DNA of 64,000 bases from Escherichia phage FL12, in sequence record PP400786. One strand, written 5' to 3'. Of the stretch, positions 32,148-42,705 are shown one piece after another. Every line of letters begins with the position of its first letter. The first letter of the stretch is position 1. Under the pieces are notes generated by a model that saw only the letters and a program-made list of their open reading frames with translations, did no database searches and was not told the DNA's origin. The position numbers and the translations under genes were made by a program.

Positions 32148-32207
32148 ATTAATTTCCTCTAAATTATTTTCTACTCCAAGGCCGCATGAATACACACGGC
32201 CATTAAA

Positions 32208-32423
32208 TTAATCGTCGCAGTCGACGCTCAATTCCCAGAATTCTTCTACGGTATAAGTTTCAGTATCATTTTCAATACAGAAACGTTCATTACTGTTATT
32301 TGCTAAAGTAGCGTTAACTGTCATTTTCTCGCTGGTGCTCTTGAGAGGTGAAATACGAATTAACTGATCACCACTATCCAAGCAAAAAATTTCACCAACT
32401 TTTACATCTTTAAAACTTTTCAT
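32208..32423 (-). CDS. hypothetical protein
   Basis: 71-aa ORF. Confidence 0.5.
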   Translation of the reverse strand: MKSFKDVKVGEIFCLDSGDQLIRISPLKSTSEKMTVNATLANNSNERFCIENDTETYTVEEFWELSVDCDD

Positions 32424-32538
32424 AATTCACCTCAAGGAGTATAAAATCCAAATGCAGTTGTTGACCATCCCATCCAATATGGAAAATTTGCGCCAATGTA
32501 AAACATAAGAATATAAAACCAAATGTTTAGTAAATTCA

Positions 32539-32757
32539 TTATTTTACACCATTCCAAATTGTTTCAACCACAGATTTTAAACCATTTTGATGAATATCAA
32601 TTCCGACTACCGCCATCAAATAGATTCCAACTACAACTGAACCCAAGGCGAAAATCAACATGAAAATGAATAAAGCCGGAAAAATATTATCGAAAAACCA
32701 TTCCATAAATGTAAAAGCACTGCGTTTACGCTTCATATTTTCCTCACATAAATCCAA
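32539..32757 (-). CDS. hypothetical membrane protein
   Basis: 72-aa ORF with one long hydrophobic helix. Confidence 0.5.
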   Translation of the reverse strand: MDLCEENMKRKRSAFTFMEWFFDNIFPALFIFMLIFALGSVVVGIYLMAVVGIDIHQNGLKSVVETIWNGVK

Positions 32758-32857
32758 AGTAAGCGTTTAATACATCAATCATTAAAACGATTGGGAATAT
32801 ACTCAAAACTACTAGTATTATAACTACATTCCATATAGCTTTAACAATCTTTTTCAT
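32744..32857 (-). CDS. small membrane protein (about 37 aa)
   Basis: MKKIVKAIWNVVIILVVLSIFPIVL...; the longer track ORF 32744..32992 is overextended across an early promoter. Confidence 0.4.
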   Translation of the reverse strand: MKKIVKAIWNVVIILVVLSIFPIVLMIDVLNAYFGFM

Positions 32858-32883
32858 TTTCTGTTCCTCCGTAGTTGATAGGG

Positions 32884-32915
32884 TAATAATACCACAGAGG
32901 AACAGTCTTGTAAAC
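32884..32915 (-). promoter_or_regulatory. early promoter
   Basis: Minus strand GTTTACA, 18 nt, TATTATTA. Confidence 0.5.
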
Positions 32916-33100
32916 AACTTTTTTAAAAATATTCGTAATAAATGTGAATACCAATCACTACTGCCGAAACTTGCGCAACCCACCACGCACAAGCAATAAG
33001 TACAGAATTCAAAATCTTCATAATAACCTCATCACAAAAGTAAATGTTAAACAAATTAATGGAATACTAATTAACCAAACAAAACACCACCATAATGAAC

Positions 33101-33364
33101 TCATAGTTCAATCTCAGCGATTTTCATTTCATTACTATTAATAGCCGCTTTAAGACTATCTGAAAGAATTACATTCCAGTGGTCATTCATATGACCATTA
33201 ACTAAGCGTGTAATTTCTTCAGGAGTTGAAAAATAAGGCGTATCAGACTCCCAATGCGATAGTCCCAAGCGAGTATAAATCATACCTTCATCATCGCTAG
33301 AATATTCAACTGACACAAACTCATCAGTTATTTTATGTTTAGCGTAATAAAATTTAAATTTCAT
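33101..33364 (-). CDS. hypothetical protein
   Basis: 87-aa ORF with GGAGG Shine-Dalgarno, just downstream of an early promoter. Confidence 0.5.
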   Translation of the reverse strand: MKFKFYYAKHKITDEFVSVEYSSDDEGMIYTRLGLSHWESDTPYFSTPEEITRLVNGHMNDHWNVILSDSLKAAINSNEMKIAEIEL

Positions 33365-33388
33365 TTTTACTCCTCCGTAGCTGATAGT

Positions 33389-33420
33389 TGTATAGTACCA
33401 CAGTCCTTGTGGTTTGTAAA
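33389..33420 (-). promoter_or_regulatory. early promoter
   Basis: Minus strand GTTTACA, 17 nt, TACTATAC. Confidence 0.5.
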
Positions 33421-33436
33421 CCGTTTTGTGAAATTT

Positions 33437-33994
33437 TTAAATGGAAAGATACCATCCGTTGTAGTTGCTTTTTCTTACAACTTTACGAAGGTCTTCTCTA
33501 TCACCGATGAACTTCGGAGTGTACTGGATGACACCTGGATGAATTTCTTTAGTGTTGAATATAATTATACAGTCAGCGACTTGGTGATTCAGAATGGGCC
33601 CTAGATTTATTCCAGAACCATATGGATACTCTCCGCTGCATCCGGTTGTTACCGAAATCCAACGTGAGTCAGTTTGATGTGTTTTGACTTCTACACGAAG
33701 CCCACAGTATTTTGGATGCGCCAGTACATCCCATGCGTACGTATACGGGTCATTAACATCCTCTTGGCCTTTGTTAACATACCCACTCAGCCAATCTGCT
33801 ACAAAAAACTCTGCATACACAGCGATACGGCATCTTTCGATAACTTCTGCTTTATCCTGGTTCGGGTTTTGTTTTAAAGAGTATCTTGCTGTATCAGCAA
33901 TTTTGACCTTCATTTCACTAGTCAAGTCACTGTTCGATAGGGTAAATGACGGAATCTGAAATAGTCTCTGCAAACCCGGATTCGTTTTCTGCAT
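33437..33994 (-). CDS. denB: probable endonuclease IV
   Basis: 185-aa ORF at the T4 denB position between ndd cluster and rIIB; assigned from size and synteny. Confidence 0.55.
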   Translation of the reverse strand: MQKTNPGLQRLFQIPSFTLSNSDLTSEMKVKIADTARYSLKQNPNQDKAEVIERCRIAVYAEFFVADWLSGYVNKGQEDVNDPYTYAWDVLAHPKYCGLRVEVKTHQTDSRWISVTTGCSGEYPYGSGINLGPILNHQVADCIIIFNTKEIHPGVIQYTPKFIGDREDLRKVVRKSNYNGWYLSI

Positions 33995-34049
33995 TTAAAC
34001 TTTCCTTTATGTCGGAATCACTGATATTCATATAAATCATAATTTCTCT

Positions 34050-34073
34050 TAAAACAAAAGGGCCGAAGCCCTT
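34050..34073 (-). terminator. candidate intrinsic terminator
   Basis: Hairpin AAGGGC-UUCG-GCCCUU followed on the minus strand by a U-rich run. Confidence 0.45.
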
Positions 34074-34076
34074 ATT

Positions 34077-34271
34077 TTATTTGAATTGTGCAATTCTTTT
34101 CTCTAAACAGTCAGCATAAGATTTCATTGAGATAAACTGCGAAAGTAACAGTTCTTGCTCAACTGCACTAACTGTTAGAAACTTTGTGCTTTCTAAAAAT
34201 TTGCTCAGTGCATTAATTTTGAGCATTAATTGATCGTATTCTTCTTTTACTCGTGCTTGATAACCTAACAT
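34077..34271 (-). CDS. hypothetical protein
   Basis: 64-aa ORF downstream of rIIB. Confidence 0.5.
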   Translation of the reverse strand: MLGYQARVKEEYDQLMLKINALSKFLESTKFLTVSAVEQELLLSQFISMKSYADCLEKRIAQFK

Positions 34272-34279
34272 AATTTTCC

Positions 34280-35218
34280 TTATTTAAATTGTTCAGTAAC
34301 GTCTTCAACTACTTCGTATTGGCAGGTACGCATTTTAGCATCGTTGTAATCAATTGGAATTGATACTACATCACGAGGATGCACTTTAACTTTTACAACT
34401 CGGCTAGTTGAACTGCCAAAGTGACGAATATAAGATTTAGAACACACATGCAGACCACGAGAACAAGTTTGTGTATCATCGTCATTCACACGAGTGCGTG
34501 GCATTTTAACTACTTTACCAGGACTGTTATCAAAGGTATTTGAGTGACAGTCAAAGTAATTGCTGCGAACTACTTTCCAAGCATAGAAGTAGCCGTCTTC
34601 TGTAATTTCAATATCGTTTGCTACCAAGAAATCAAAGAGTCGAGATACCGCTTTTTGGCTCGGGTTTTCCAACAGATTTTCCAAGAACGGAAAATAAAAT
34701 TCAAAGTTTTCGCCTTTTTCCATCGAATCGAGAATACGATCAACTAAACCAGACCGCAATTCAATATTTTGATAGAACAGGCTTCCACCTTCAATTCGAA
34801 CATCACCGGAAATATATTTTTCAACAGCGCGACGAACGTTAATTTTTTGCGCAGCTTCTTCTAATTTATCTGCAACAAGCAGATTAAGAATTTCCTGGAA
34901 GTTTGAATGAGTATTAGGAGTTGCGTTATAAGTTACACCATCAACAGTAATTGAAATGAATTTTTTAGATGCATTCCAAATAATGTCAGATTTAGCAACT
35001 GGAGCAATAGCTACATCACTCTTAACTTCAACTGTAATGTCACCGCTAATGGTAACTTTGGAGCGTTCAGCTTCTTCAGCATTTTTCAAAACACGACGGA
35101 TTGTGTCAACAGATACACCTTGCCAATCAGCCAATTCCTGTTGGGTGTAATTACCACTTGAATACAGTTTGACAATTTCAGCTTGTTCGTTTTTGGTCAG
35201 GCATTTAATATTGTACAT
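34280..35218 (-). CDS. rIIB: rIIB protein
   Basis: 312-aa ORF MYNIKCLTKNEQAEIVKLYSSGNYTQQELADW... (HTH N-terminus). Confidence 0.9.
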   Translation of the reverse strand: MYNIKCLTKNEQAEIVKLYSSGNYTQQELADWQGVSVDTIRRVLKNAEEAERSKVTISGDITVEVKSDVAIAPVAKSDIIWNASKKFISITVDGVTYNATPNTHSNFQEILNLLVADKLEEAAQKINVRRAVEKYISGDVRIEGGSLFYQNIELRSGLVDRILDSMEKGENFEFYFPFLENLLENPSQKAVSRLFDFLVANDIEITEDGYFYAWKVVRSNYFDCHSNTFDNSPGKVVKMPRTRVNDDDTQTCSRGLHVCSKSYIRHFGSSTSRVVKVKVHPRDVVSIPIDYNDAKMRTCQYEVVEDVTEQFK

Positions 35219-35229
35219 AATTTTCCTTA

Positions 35230-37407
35230 TTAGGCCGCAAGGGCCTTCATAGTTTTAGCGATTTGGGAAACTTCATCATCACTTAAAGAGTTGCGATAAC
35301 CGATGAAGTCGGAAACAATACGGAATTTCTTGGTAAACTCAGCAACCATTTTATCACTGTTTTTTGAAGCATTATTTGATAATACATCAAAAAGATTAGT
35401 TACTGTCCAGATGTCATGACCGATGGTATCTTTTCCACCGTTGAAATATATACCCTGCAATGAACTAACCATATTACCAAGGCGAGTATATTCTTCGGAA
35501 ACTTCATCTACACTGAAGTACTTCATCATAAAATCTAGTTCAGGATACTTAATAATTTTATCAATATATCGTTTAGCTGAACTTGAATAACCTACATACT
35601 TATCATAATCTACAGCATCAAAAGCATCTACATATAAATCACGCAGAGTTTCAAAAATACATTGGCACTGACCGAGTTCTTTTACCTTTTTCTGTAAAAG
35701 CGGACGAATAACATAAAATTCATTAATGCCAATAAGATTAGCCATACGAGTCAAAATACTCGTAGACGGATTACAAAGCGATGTAGTACCATCCATAGAG
35801 AAAATATCAGAACGATGCATGTATGCTACATAACCAGTAATTTCATCTGCTTCTGACGTAAGTGTAAACAGTTCCTCTTTTTCCCAACGCCCGTCTTTAA
35901 TTTCAAACTTAAATGCTGTAGCAGCTTTAGGACGAGGAGCTTTACTTTTAACTACCTTTGGAATATAGCTTTTAACTAAAGCTTCAATTTCTGACAAATA
36001 ATGAATGTTAACTTCATCACTTTCAAACATTGCCATAATATCAGGGAGTAAATCAATCTGCGATTCTACTTCCGGATTAATAAACAGAAGACGCTCATTG
36101 TGATGAATATTCAAAGTGTTATTAAATTCACTATCATCTAATGCACGTGCTAATCCACGGACAATATTAACACGATTTTTAATATTATCAATAACAATAT
36201 TAATTTTTGTCGTATTAATACCAAACAGACGATAACTTGATGCAACGGCTGAAGTTTCATGGCTTTGCTTAATGCGTTTCAGTCGAGGGTCAAGATTTAC
36301 TTCATACACAACCCCTGCATTGCATAACTTACTGTCAGGTTCAAACATGCTCTGCATCTTTTTATATGACAGATTTTTAGTCGTGAATTTGACTGAATTA
36401 CTAATCATATAATCTCGAGCAGAATACCCCATCTTCATTAATTCACGATATGTGTGACGAGGAGATGTAGATTCTTTAAATCGTTTTACATCTTCATTAA
36501 ATGCTTTCTCACTGAGTTCTTTAACTCGTTCAATAATATTTTTACGAGTGCGATCGTCTAATGAAAGAGCTTCGCGTGATGGGGCAATATCAAGTGAACC
36601 CATTGGAAATTTAATGTAATTCACTTCATTGCGAATGCTTAGCCAGTTACGGTCTCTAATAACACCATCGATAGGATAAACAATACCGCCATAGATAGCA
36701 TATAATCCACCGCGATCAGGCCAGTATCTTTCTGGATTTACACCGTAATAGTCATCAAAATCCGGAAAATAATCAACTTCACGGTCAAGACCATTAATGA
36801 TAGCCAAATCTTTGAACGGTCGCATGATATAAGAAACTTCATAAGCAAAGTTTCTAAAGTCTTTTTCTTCAACTGGAACTACGATTTCAATACCAGTTTT
36901 ATCATCTGGACCCATTTCTTTTACGAATGTAGGTTTAATCTGTGGACCATCACCGTCCATATAAGCTACATAACCACGAATTTCACCTTTATGGTATGAA
37001 GTAATACTAAACGTATCAGTATAACTAAATGGAGATTTAGAACCTAAACCAAATCCGCCAATAAAGTCATTAGATTCAGCCTTAGATGAACTAAAGTATG
37101 AATTATACAACCCAGGAGAATTATCATCACCTTGAATATCAAAATCACTCATACCCGGACCAAAATCTCGACAAACAAATCGTGGGTCTAAACGTCCAGG
37201 AACTTGTATGATAAATTTTTCAGGATTTCCATTAAGTGCATGGGCATCAATCATGTTAGTAATTAATTCACGGACTACTGCGCGAATCTTGTTTGTATAC
37301 AAATCAGATGACAGAATTTTAAATACTTTAGGAGATGCTGTGATGCTAAATGCTTTTGATTTAGAACCATTACCAAGAATTGTTTCTTTTTCAGTGGTGA
37401 TAATCAT
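35230..37407 (-). CDS. rIIA: rIIA protein
   Basis: 725-aa ORF with GHKL-ATPase-like N-terminal region. Confidence 0.9.
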   Translation of the reverse strand: MIITTEKETILGNGSKSKAFSITASPKVFKILSSDLYTNKIRAVVRELITNMIDAHALNGNPEKFIIQVPGRLDPRFVCRDFGPGMSDFDIQGDDNSPGLYNSYFSSSKAESNDFIGGFGLGSKSPFSYTDTFSITSYHKGEIRGYVAYMDGDGPQIKPTFVKEMGPDDKTGIEIVVPVEEKDFRNFAYEVSYIMRPFKDLAIINGLDREVDYFPDFDDYYGVNPERYWPDRGGLYAIYGGIVYPIDGVIRDRNWLSIRNEVNYIKFPMGSLDIAPSREALSLDDRTRKNIIERVKELSEKAFNEDVKRFKESTSPRHTYRELMKMGYSARDYMISNSVKFTTKNLSYKKMQSMFEPDSKLCNAGVVYEVNLDPRLKRIKQSHETSAVASSYRLFGINTTKINIVIDNIKNRVNIVRGLARALDDSEFNNTLNIHHNERLLFINPEVESQIDLLPDIMAMFESDEVNIHYLSEIEALVKSYIPKVVKSKAPRPKAATAFKFEIKDGRWEKEELFTLTSEADEITGYVAYMHRSDIFSMDGTTSLCNPSTSILTRMANLIGINEFYVIRPLLQKKVKELGQCQCIFETLRDLYVDAFDAVDYDKYVGYSSSAKRYIDKIIKYPELDFMMKYFSVDEVSEEYTRLGNMVSSLQGIYFNGGKDTIGHDIWTVTNLFDVLSNNASKNSDKMVAEFTKKFRIVSDFIGYRNSLSDDEVSQIAKTMKALAA

Positions 37408-37417
37408 AATTTCCTCA

Positions 37418-37621
37418 TTAATTCATATTACGCTTAATAACTTCGGCAACTTCTAGTAGTTCATCTTTAGTTGCGGTGTCGGATTGAATTTTATCTCTAA
37501 TATCCTTAAAGCGGTTTTTAAATTCTTCGGCTTCTCCCATATCGAAAAAGCGTTGAATGATTCTATATTCTCGATGAACTGCTTTATCAAAAAGTTCTAA
37601 ATTTACTTTATATGATTTCAT
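37418..37621 (-). CDS. hypothetical protein (rIIA.1 position)
   Basis: 67-aa ORF preceded by an early promoter. Confidence 0.5.
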   Translation of the reverse strand: MKSYKVNLELFDKAVHREYRIIQRFFDMGEAEEFKNRFKDIRDKIQSDTATKDELLEVAEVIKRNMN

Positions 37622-37646
37622 TTCAATATCCTCATTTGCCCAATTA

Positions 37647-37677
37647 ATTATACCACATCCTTGTGGTAAAGTAAACT
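37647..37677 (-). promoter_or_regulatory. early promoter
   Basis: Minus strand GTTTAC, 18 nt, TATAAT. Confidence 0.5.
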
Positions 37678-37771
37678 ACTGGCTCATCCATTCTTTACGA
37701 AGGTCAGGATTAAATGGGACTGCACGAGATGGGATAAACATAACTTTCATAATTAAGCCTTATTAAAATTA

Positions 37772-37789
37772 AAACGAAGCTCCCGAAGG
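37772..37789 (-). terminator. candidate terminator after the HNH gene
   Basis: Hairpin AAGCUCC-UUCG-GGAGCUU followed by a U-rich run. Confidence 0.4.
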
Positions 37790-37792
37790 AGC

Positions 37793-38605
37793 TTAGGACA
37801 TCCAACACATTTTATAACCTTTGCAGGTTCTGTTAGGATTATTTAATGCTTTCAATATATTAGAAGACCCTATATCTAAATACTCCCTTAATTCATAAAG
37901 ATAGTTAAAATCAACAGTTTCACCTGTTTTTACACTTGTGATTCTTATAGGCCTTCTTTCATATTTAGATTTATACAACTCTCTAGTCTTAGCTTTAGTT
38001 TCTTCTGACCTAGGAGTGTATGGTTTAAATCCTTTTGTTTTAAATGTTTCCATTCTTGATTTAGTTATTTTATCCTGGTGTTCTTTTGTTTTTACAGGTG
38101 CTTTTCGCCCATTCTCCCAAGATAACTTGTTGGCCTGTATTATTTTATCTATTGCTTCTTGCGTATGAGTTTTACCATAAAATGGATTTAATTCGCCTAT
38201 ACGTTGTGAAGCAATATGTGACATTAATTCTCTTGTTGCTTTAGTATGTTTTTTACCTTTAAATGGGTTGCCATTTTTAGCAATCCATTCTTTCATAAAT
38301 CTAGAGTGCTCTTTAGAGAATTCTTGTTTAAGCCAATCATAATCTCTAGAATTTCTAGCTCCCATGTAAAAAGCTCTAATAGCCATAAGCATAGAACGGT
38401 TCTTATGAATTTTATAAAGCAATAAATGGGCGATAAAATGCTCTCTAGGGGTCATTTTAACTAGATTTGATTTAGCATTACTCCCGCCCATAGATTTAGG
38501 CAAAATATGGTGAGTTTCAGTATAATTAGGAATAGTGCTGCGGTTTTTAGCCGCAGCGATAAGTTTATCATAAATTTTACGATAATTCATTATCGTAGCA
38601 TCCAA
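37793..38605 (-). CDS. free-standing HNH homing endonuclease with NUMOD-like repeats
   Basis: 270-aa ORF; ETHHILPKSMGGSNAKSNLVKMTPREHFIAH; repeats NPFKGKKHT and NPFYGKTHT; 5' end overlaps gene 39 3' end by 16 nt. Confidence 0.8.
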   Translation of the reverse strand: MDATIMNYRKIYDKLIAAAKNRSTIPNYTETHHILPKSMGGSNAKSNLVKMTPREHFIAHLLLYKIHKNRSMLMAIRAFYMGARNSRDYDWLKQEFSKEHSRFMKEWIAKNGNPFKGKKHTKATRELMSHIASQRIGELNPFYGKTHTQEAIDKIIQANKLSWENGRKAPVKTKEHQDKITKSRMETFKTKGFKPYTPRSEETKAKTRELYKSKYERRPIRITSVKTGETVDFNYLYELREYLDIGSSNILKALNNPNRTCKGYKMCWMS

Positions 38606-40410
38606 TCTTTACGGAGTTCAGGGTCGTTACCCATGAGCATTTCAAATAGTTCTTTCCAATTTTCAGGAAGTTTAACTACGTCGTACACAGGGTTTTGAAT
38701 CATTTCTTTATATTCATCCCGCTGAAGTGAGCCCAATCCCTTGATGTATCGAATACTATGCTTAGGCAGTGTATCTTTAGCTTCTTCATACTCAGCTACA
38801 GTATAAAACCATTTTTGAGTTTTGCCAATTTGTGCAATAATTACAGGCGTTTTAACAAAGCGAATACGTCCTTGTTCAAACAATTCAGGCCAATTACTAA
38901 AGAAAGCAAGCAAAGCCGGATAAATACTTCCAAGTCCGTCATGATCGGCATCGGTCATAATAGCAATATTATGATAATTCAAGTTTTCAGCTTTTTCACC
39001 GAGAACTAATCCAGTGATTGCGCAAATATCAAATAGTTCTTTGTTTTTAAGCATATCTGCATAAGACATACCCCAACTGTTGAGAACTTTACCACGCAAT
39101 GGATAACCACCGTGAAGTTCTTTATCACGAACATCAATAAGATATCCGATAGCAGAATCACCCTCAGTCAAGAAAAGAGTAGTGTCAGCATCTTTACCAC
39201 AAAGATTCGCTTTGATATGTTTATGAACCTTAGCTTTAGAAGCCTTTTTAGCTGCCTTTGTTTCTGCTGCTTTTTCTGCCGCCAATTTACGAGCTAGTGC
39301 AGCTTCAATAATCGGCATTAAAATTGCTTCATTATTCAAAATAGCACGTGAAATCTTTTTAGCATCAAGTTGAATATGACTACGGATTTCACCAAATGGA
39401 GAAGTCAAACGCTCTTTAGTTTGAGAATCAAATCGCATGTTTTTCATATCACGAACAAACATAACGATAGTCAAACATTCTTTGACACGCGCTTTAGTTA
39501 CATCAATTTTGAACTTGCGTTTGATTTGTGGAATAAGGTCTTCACAAATATCATCCATAACACAGTCAATGTGATGGCCACCATTCTTAGTATGAATGTT
39601 ATTCACATAAGTTAATTGACGAAAACCATCCGGTGAACGACCAACCGCAATAGAACAGTTTTCTTGTTCTTGAACGATAGCATGCTCATCATACTGCCGT
39701 GCATATTTCTTAAAATTGCCCTGAACCTTTTTACCATTAAAGGTAAATTGAATATCAGGATAAACAACAGCAAGTGTCTGGAGACGATCCAGTGTAATGT
39801 CAAGATAAACCTGAGACAGCTCATTAGTTTCAAATGACATAAAATCAGGAATGAAAGTAACGCGAGTTCCTTTCCATTTTCCAGGAATATCTTCCCATGA
39901 TTTATTTTCCATGCCGTTTGAACAACGAACTACAATATTATTTTGACCATCGCCAGTTTCACCAACAAACATCACAGAAAAAATGTTTGTCAAACTAGAA
40001 CCAACACCATTCATACCACCGGTGACACGTTCTTTATCATCACCAAAGTTACCACCTGCTTTTGGAATAGTCCATGCAGCAACAGGACCAGGAATTTCTT
40101 CACCGGTAGGTGTTTTAACCATCGCTTGTGGAATACCACGACCGTTATCTTCAACTGTTACTTGATTGTTTTTAATAGTAACATTAATTTTATTTGCGAA
40201 TTTAAACTTAGTACGAATACCTTCATCTACTGAGTTATCGATAATTTCATCAATAAGCTTAACAAGACCAGGTACATACTGAACACTTTCCCATTTACCA
40301 AACAGAAAGCGCTCATGCATTTCATTAGCTGAAGAGCCAATGTACATGCCGCTACGCTTTTTGATATGTTCAATATCGCTCAGAATTTTAATTTCATTCT
40401 TAATCATCAC
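38590..40410 (-). CDS. 39: DNA topoisomerase II large subunit, uninterrupted (T4 39 plus 60 equivalent)
   Basis: 606-aa ORF with GHKL ATPase N-terminus and Toprim C-terminus (...IAIMTDADHDGLGSIYP...) in one frame. Confidence 0.9.
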   Translation of the reverse strand: MMIKNEIKILSDIEHIKKRSGMYIGSSANEMHERFLFGKWESVQYVPGLVKLIDEIIDNSVDEGIRTKFKFANKINVTIKNNQVTVEDNGRGIPQAMVKTPTGEEIPGPVAAWTIPKAGGNFGDDKERVTGGMNGVGSSLTNIFSVMFVGETGDGQNNIVVRCSNGMENKSWEDIPGKWKGTRVTFIPDFMSFETNELSQVYLDITLDRLQTLAVVYPDIQFTFNGKKVQGNFKKYARQYDEHAIVQEQENCSIAVGRSPDGFRQLTYVNNIHTKNGGHHIDCVMDDICEDLIPQIKRKFKIDVTKARVKECLTIVMFVRDMKNMRFDSQTKERLTSPFGEIRSHIQLDAKKISRAILNNEAILMPIIEAALARKLAAEKAAETKAAKKASKAKVHKHIKANLCGKDADTTLFLTEGDSAIGYLIDVRDKELHGGYPLRGKVLNSWGMSYADMLKNKELFDICAITGLVLGEKAENLNYHNIAIMTDADHDGLGSIYPALLAFFSNWPELFEQGRIRFVKTPVIIAQIGKTQKWFYTVAEYEEAKDTLPKHSIRYIKGLGSLQRDEYKEMIQNPVYDVVKLPENWKELFEMLMGNDPELRKDWMLR

Positions 40411-40476
40411 TTATCCTCGTTTGGTTTCGGGAATATTATACTCCAATAATCATAAAGCTAAAGGCCCGAAGGCCTT

Positions 40477-40746
40477 TTATTTAAAACGAATAGTCGAATC
40501 CTTGAAGAATAGTCCAGAACATACTGTTCCTTCTACTTTCTGCCCGGTAGGTCCAATAGCACGAAATCCAGTATGCTGGAAATCATTTTCAGAGCAACCG
40601 AACCAATTATATCCAGTGATTTCAATATTAGTAAAACCACTTGAAGACAAAACTTTGGTTGCATTATCAGCATCAGTACATCCTATTAAAGACACTGCTA
40701 ATACTAATGCTGCAATAGAACGATTAATATATTTCATAATTTTCAC
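40477..40746 (-). CDS. putative lipoprotein
   Basis: 89-aa ORF; signal peptide with lipobox LIGC. Confidence 0.5.
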   Translation of the reverse strand: MKIMKYINRSIAALVLAVSLIGCTDADNATKVLSSSGFTNIEITGYNWFGCSENDFQHTGFRAIGPTGQKVEGTVCSGLFFKDSTIRFK

Positions 40747-41114
40747 TTAAATTTAATGGCTTGAAGGAGACTAATAACTCTCAAGCGACTTCTTTCATCT
40801 TTAACTGTAAAAGAAAGAGGGTCACCAGACTTCATAGTAATAGTGCATTCAAAATCAAAATCTTCAGGAACTTCTTCGAAGAAGTCAAATTCTTCATCAT
40901 AAATTAGAACATTACTCTGAAAACTGTGAAGAATTTTTCCATCATTTCCAGATGCTGTACTAATCATTGTAACATTATTACCTTTCATATCTTCAACGAT
41001 AAATTCGCTTGTAGATATTACAGCATTAATAGAACCATTCCTATAAATAGCAGACATTAGATATTTCTTTTCTTCGCCTTCGCGAATACGATATTTCTTA
41101 CCGATTTTAAACAT
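40743..41114 (-). CDS. hypothetical protein
   Basis: 123-aa ORF. Confidence 0.5.
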   Translation of the reverse strand: MFKIGKKYRIREGEEKKYLMSAIYRNGSINAVISTSEFIVEDMKGNNVTMISTASGNDGKILHSFQSNVLIYDEEFDFFEEVPEDFDFECTITMKSGDPLSFTVKDERSRLRVISLLQAIKFK

Positions 41115-41116
41115 AA

Positions 41117-41293
41117 TTACCCTTTAAGTAAGTCGTAAAATCCGCCATTCACATGCTTAGGGGCAGAGACTAACCGAATAGCAATCCGATGACAATCAGG
41201 ACATACATCAGTATCTCTTTCAGAAATTTTCTTGATTTTTTCGTATTCTTTTGCGCAGTCTTTTGATTGACATTTATAATCATAAAGCGGCAT
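41117..41293 (-). CDS. small zinc-ribbon protein (about 58 aa)
   Basis: MPLYDYKCQSKDCAKEYEKIKKISERDTDVCPDCH... (CxxC...CxxC); below track cutoff. Confidence 0.45.
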   Translation of the reverse strand: MPLYDYKCQSKDCAKEYEKIKKISERDTDVCPDCHRIAIRLVSAPKHVNGGFYDLLKG

Positions 41294-41295
41294 AA

Positions 41296-41709
41296 TTATT
41301 CCTTAAAGTGAGCTTTCAACATCTGATACAAGGACCATGCCTGTTCATCATTTTCAATAGTAACTTTCATTACAGGGAATTTAGATTGATCAGTTATCGG
41401 TGCAGATTCTTCCTGCTCTTCAGCTGCCTGGTATGGATTTTCAACTTCATTAAAGAATTCAGCTTCATTCGATGAAAGCCAAATAAAATCTTCATCCAAA
41501 ATATCTTTACCAGAAGATAGTACTAAATTTCCAGCAAATGACATAATTTTAATAGGACGCCCAAGAGCATCCACATCTAAAATTTTAAAAGGATGCATAC
41601 CTAAACGGCGTGCATAGATTCCGTTATCAGTATGGTCTTTAATAAAATTTTCTTGAGCTTGTTTATTTTTAAATTGATACCATTTATTAACTTCAAATTT
41701 AATAGCCAT
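41296..41709 (-). CDS. hypothetical protein
   Basis: 137-aa acidic ORF. Confidence 0.5.
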   Translation of the reverse strand: MAIKFEVNKWYQFKNKQAQENFIKDHTDNGIYARRLGMHPFKILDVDALGRPIKIMSFAGNLVLSSGKDILDEDFIWLSSNEAEFFNEVENPYQAAEEQEESAPITDQSKFPVMKVTIENDEQAWSLYQMLKAHFKE

Positions 41710-41927
41710 TAATAAATTTCCTTCCAGTAAGTTGTACCATCTTCAGTGATTTCACGAAATACACCGTAAATTGGTTGTTTATCCCCAACCTTTTCATACA
41801 CATAAACCGAAGTCAAGTGAGTAAACTTAGCAGTGTGTTCCTTTTGAACTACTACCAAATCTGGATCGAATAACACATCTTCAAATTCGTCATTAGTGCA
41901 ATTCTGAACAATTTTACGTTTCATCAT
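41709..41927 (-). CDS. hypothetical protein
   Basis: 72-aa ORF. Confidence 0.5.
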   Translation of the reverse strand: MMKRKIVQNCTNDEFEDVLFDPDLVVVQKEHTAKFTHLTSVYVYEKVGDKQPIYGVFREITEDGTTYWKEIY

Positions 41928-42097
41928 AATTTCCTCATTAATTGAACATTGGAGCGATGCGTTTCAGAAGAGTATCAGCGCACCTTTAACGAATTATTCA
42001 TTTTATTCTCCAAGTTGTTTTCTGTATCAGTAGTTGATATTGATATAGTACCATAATCAACTACTGATGTATATAGTTTTATGAAAAAATTTAAACT

Positions 42098-42589
42098 TTA
42101 TGCATAGCGAGCTTTGCTGTAGTGTTTAATCCAACTTTCAGGAATGACTTTGTATGTTCCTAAAAATACCGCGTTGTATAACTTAACGCCATCTTCTACC
42201 CATTGATCAGTAATGTATGCACACATAGCGCGAGTACGGTTAACAACACCTTCCTCACCTTCAGTAAATTCAAACTCATAAGGAGCAACGAACTTGATAG
42301 CTTGACCGAGTTTCCACTTAAAGTCTACACCTACATGCGAAGTATCAATCGTTTCAATTCCTTTAGCAGGAACAGCTTTCAAAAACGCAGATTCAAGAAA
42401 TTTCGCGCGAACATAACCAAACTGAGGTTTAGACTTTCCATCTTTAGGAATGATACGAACTTTTACTTCAGAATCTTCATCTTTAACGCCGTGTTTAAGC
42501 TGAATGCTTACAATTTCGACCAATTTTCCTGCTGCTTTAGAACGGGATTTATCAGATACACGAGCAATTTCACCAATATTAATAATCAT
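42098..42589 (-). CDS. hypothetical protein, tandem paralog A
   Basis: 163-aa ORF; C-terminal motif ...AYITDQWVEDGVKLYNAVF shared with neighbour. Confidence 0.5.
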   Translation of the reverse strand: MIINIGEIARVSDKSRSKAAGKLVEIVSIQLKHGVKDEDSEVKVRIIPKDGKSKPQFGYVRAKFLESAFLKAVPAKGIETIDTSHVGVDFKWKLGQAIKFVAPYEFEFTEGEEGVVNRTRAMCAYITDQWVEDGVKLYNAVFLGTYKVIPESWIKHYSKARYA

Positions 42590-42633
42590 AGTTATCTCTC
42601 ACTTGTTAAAAAGATTTTATACTCCACAGGACC

Positions 42634-42663
42634 ATTATACTCTGGTCCCAAGAGTTTGTAAAC
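42634..42663 (-). promoter_or_regulatory. early promoter
   Basis: Minus strand GTTTACA, 17 nt, TATAAT. Confidence 0.5.
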
Positions 42664-42705
42664 TATTAATTCAAAATAGCTACCACCGCACTACGAGGTA
42701 CTACA

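Noticed and set aside
32744-32992. 82-aa version of the small membrane ORF
   Set aside because: The 5' extension runs across a well-formed early promoter (32884..32915); the gene more likely starts at the internal Met (32857).
38590-40410. Gene 60-style translational bypass (hop) element in the topoisomerase gene
   Set aside because: The 606-aa reading frame is continuous through the region corresponding to the T4 39/60 junction, with no in-frame stop or 50-nt insert.
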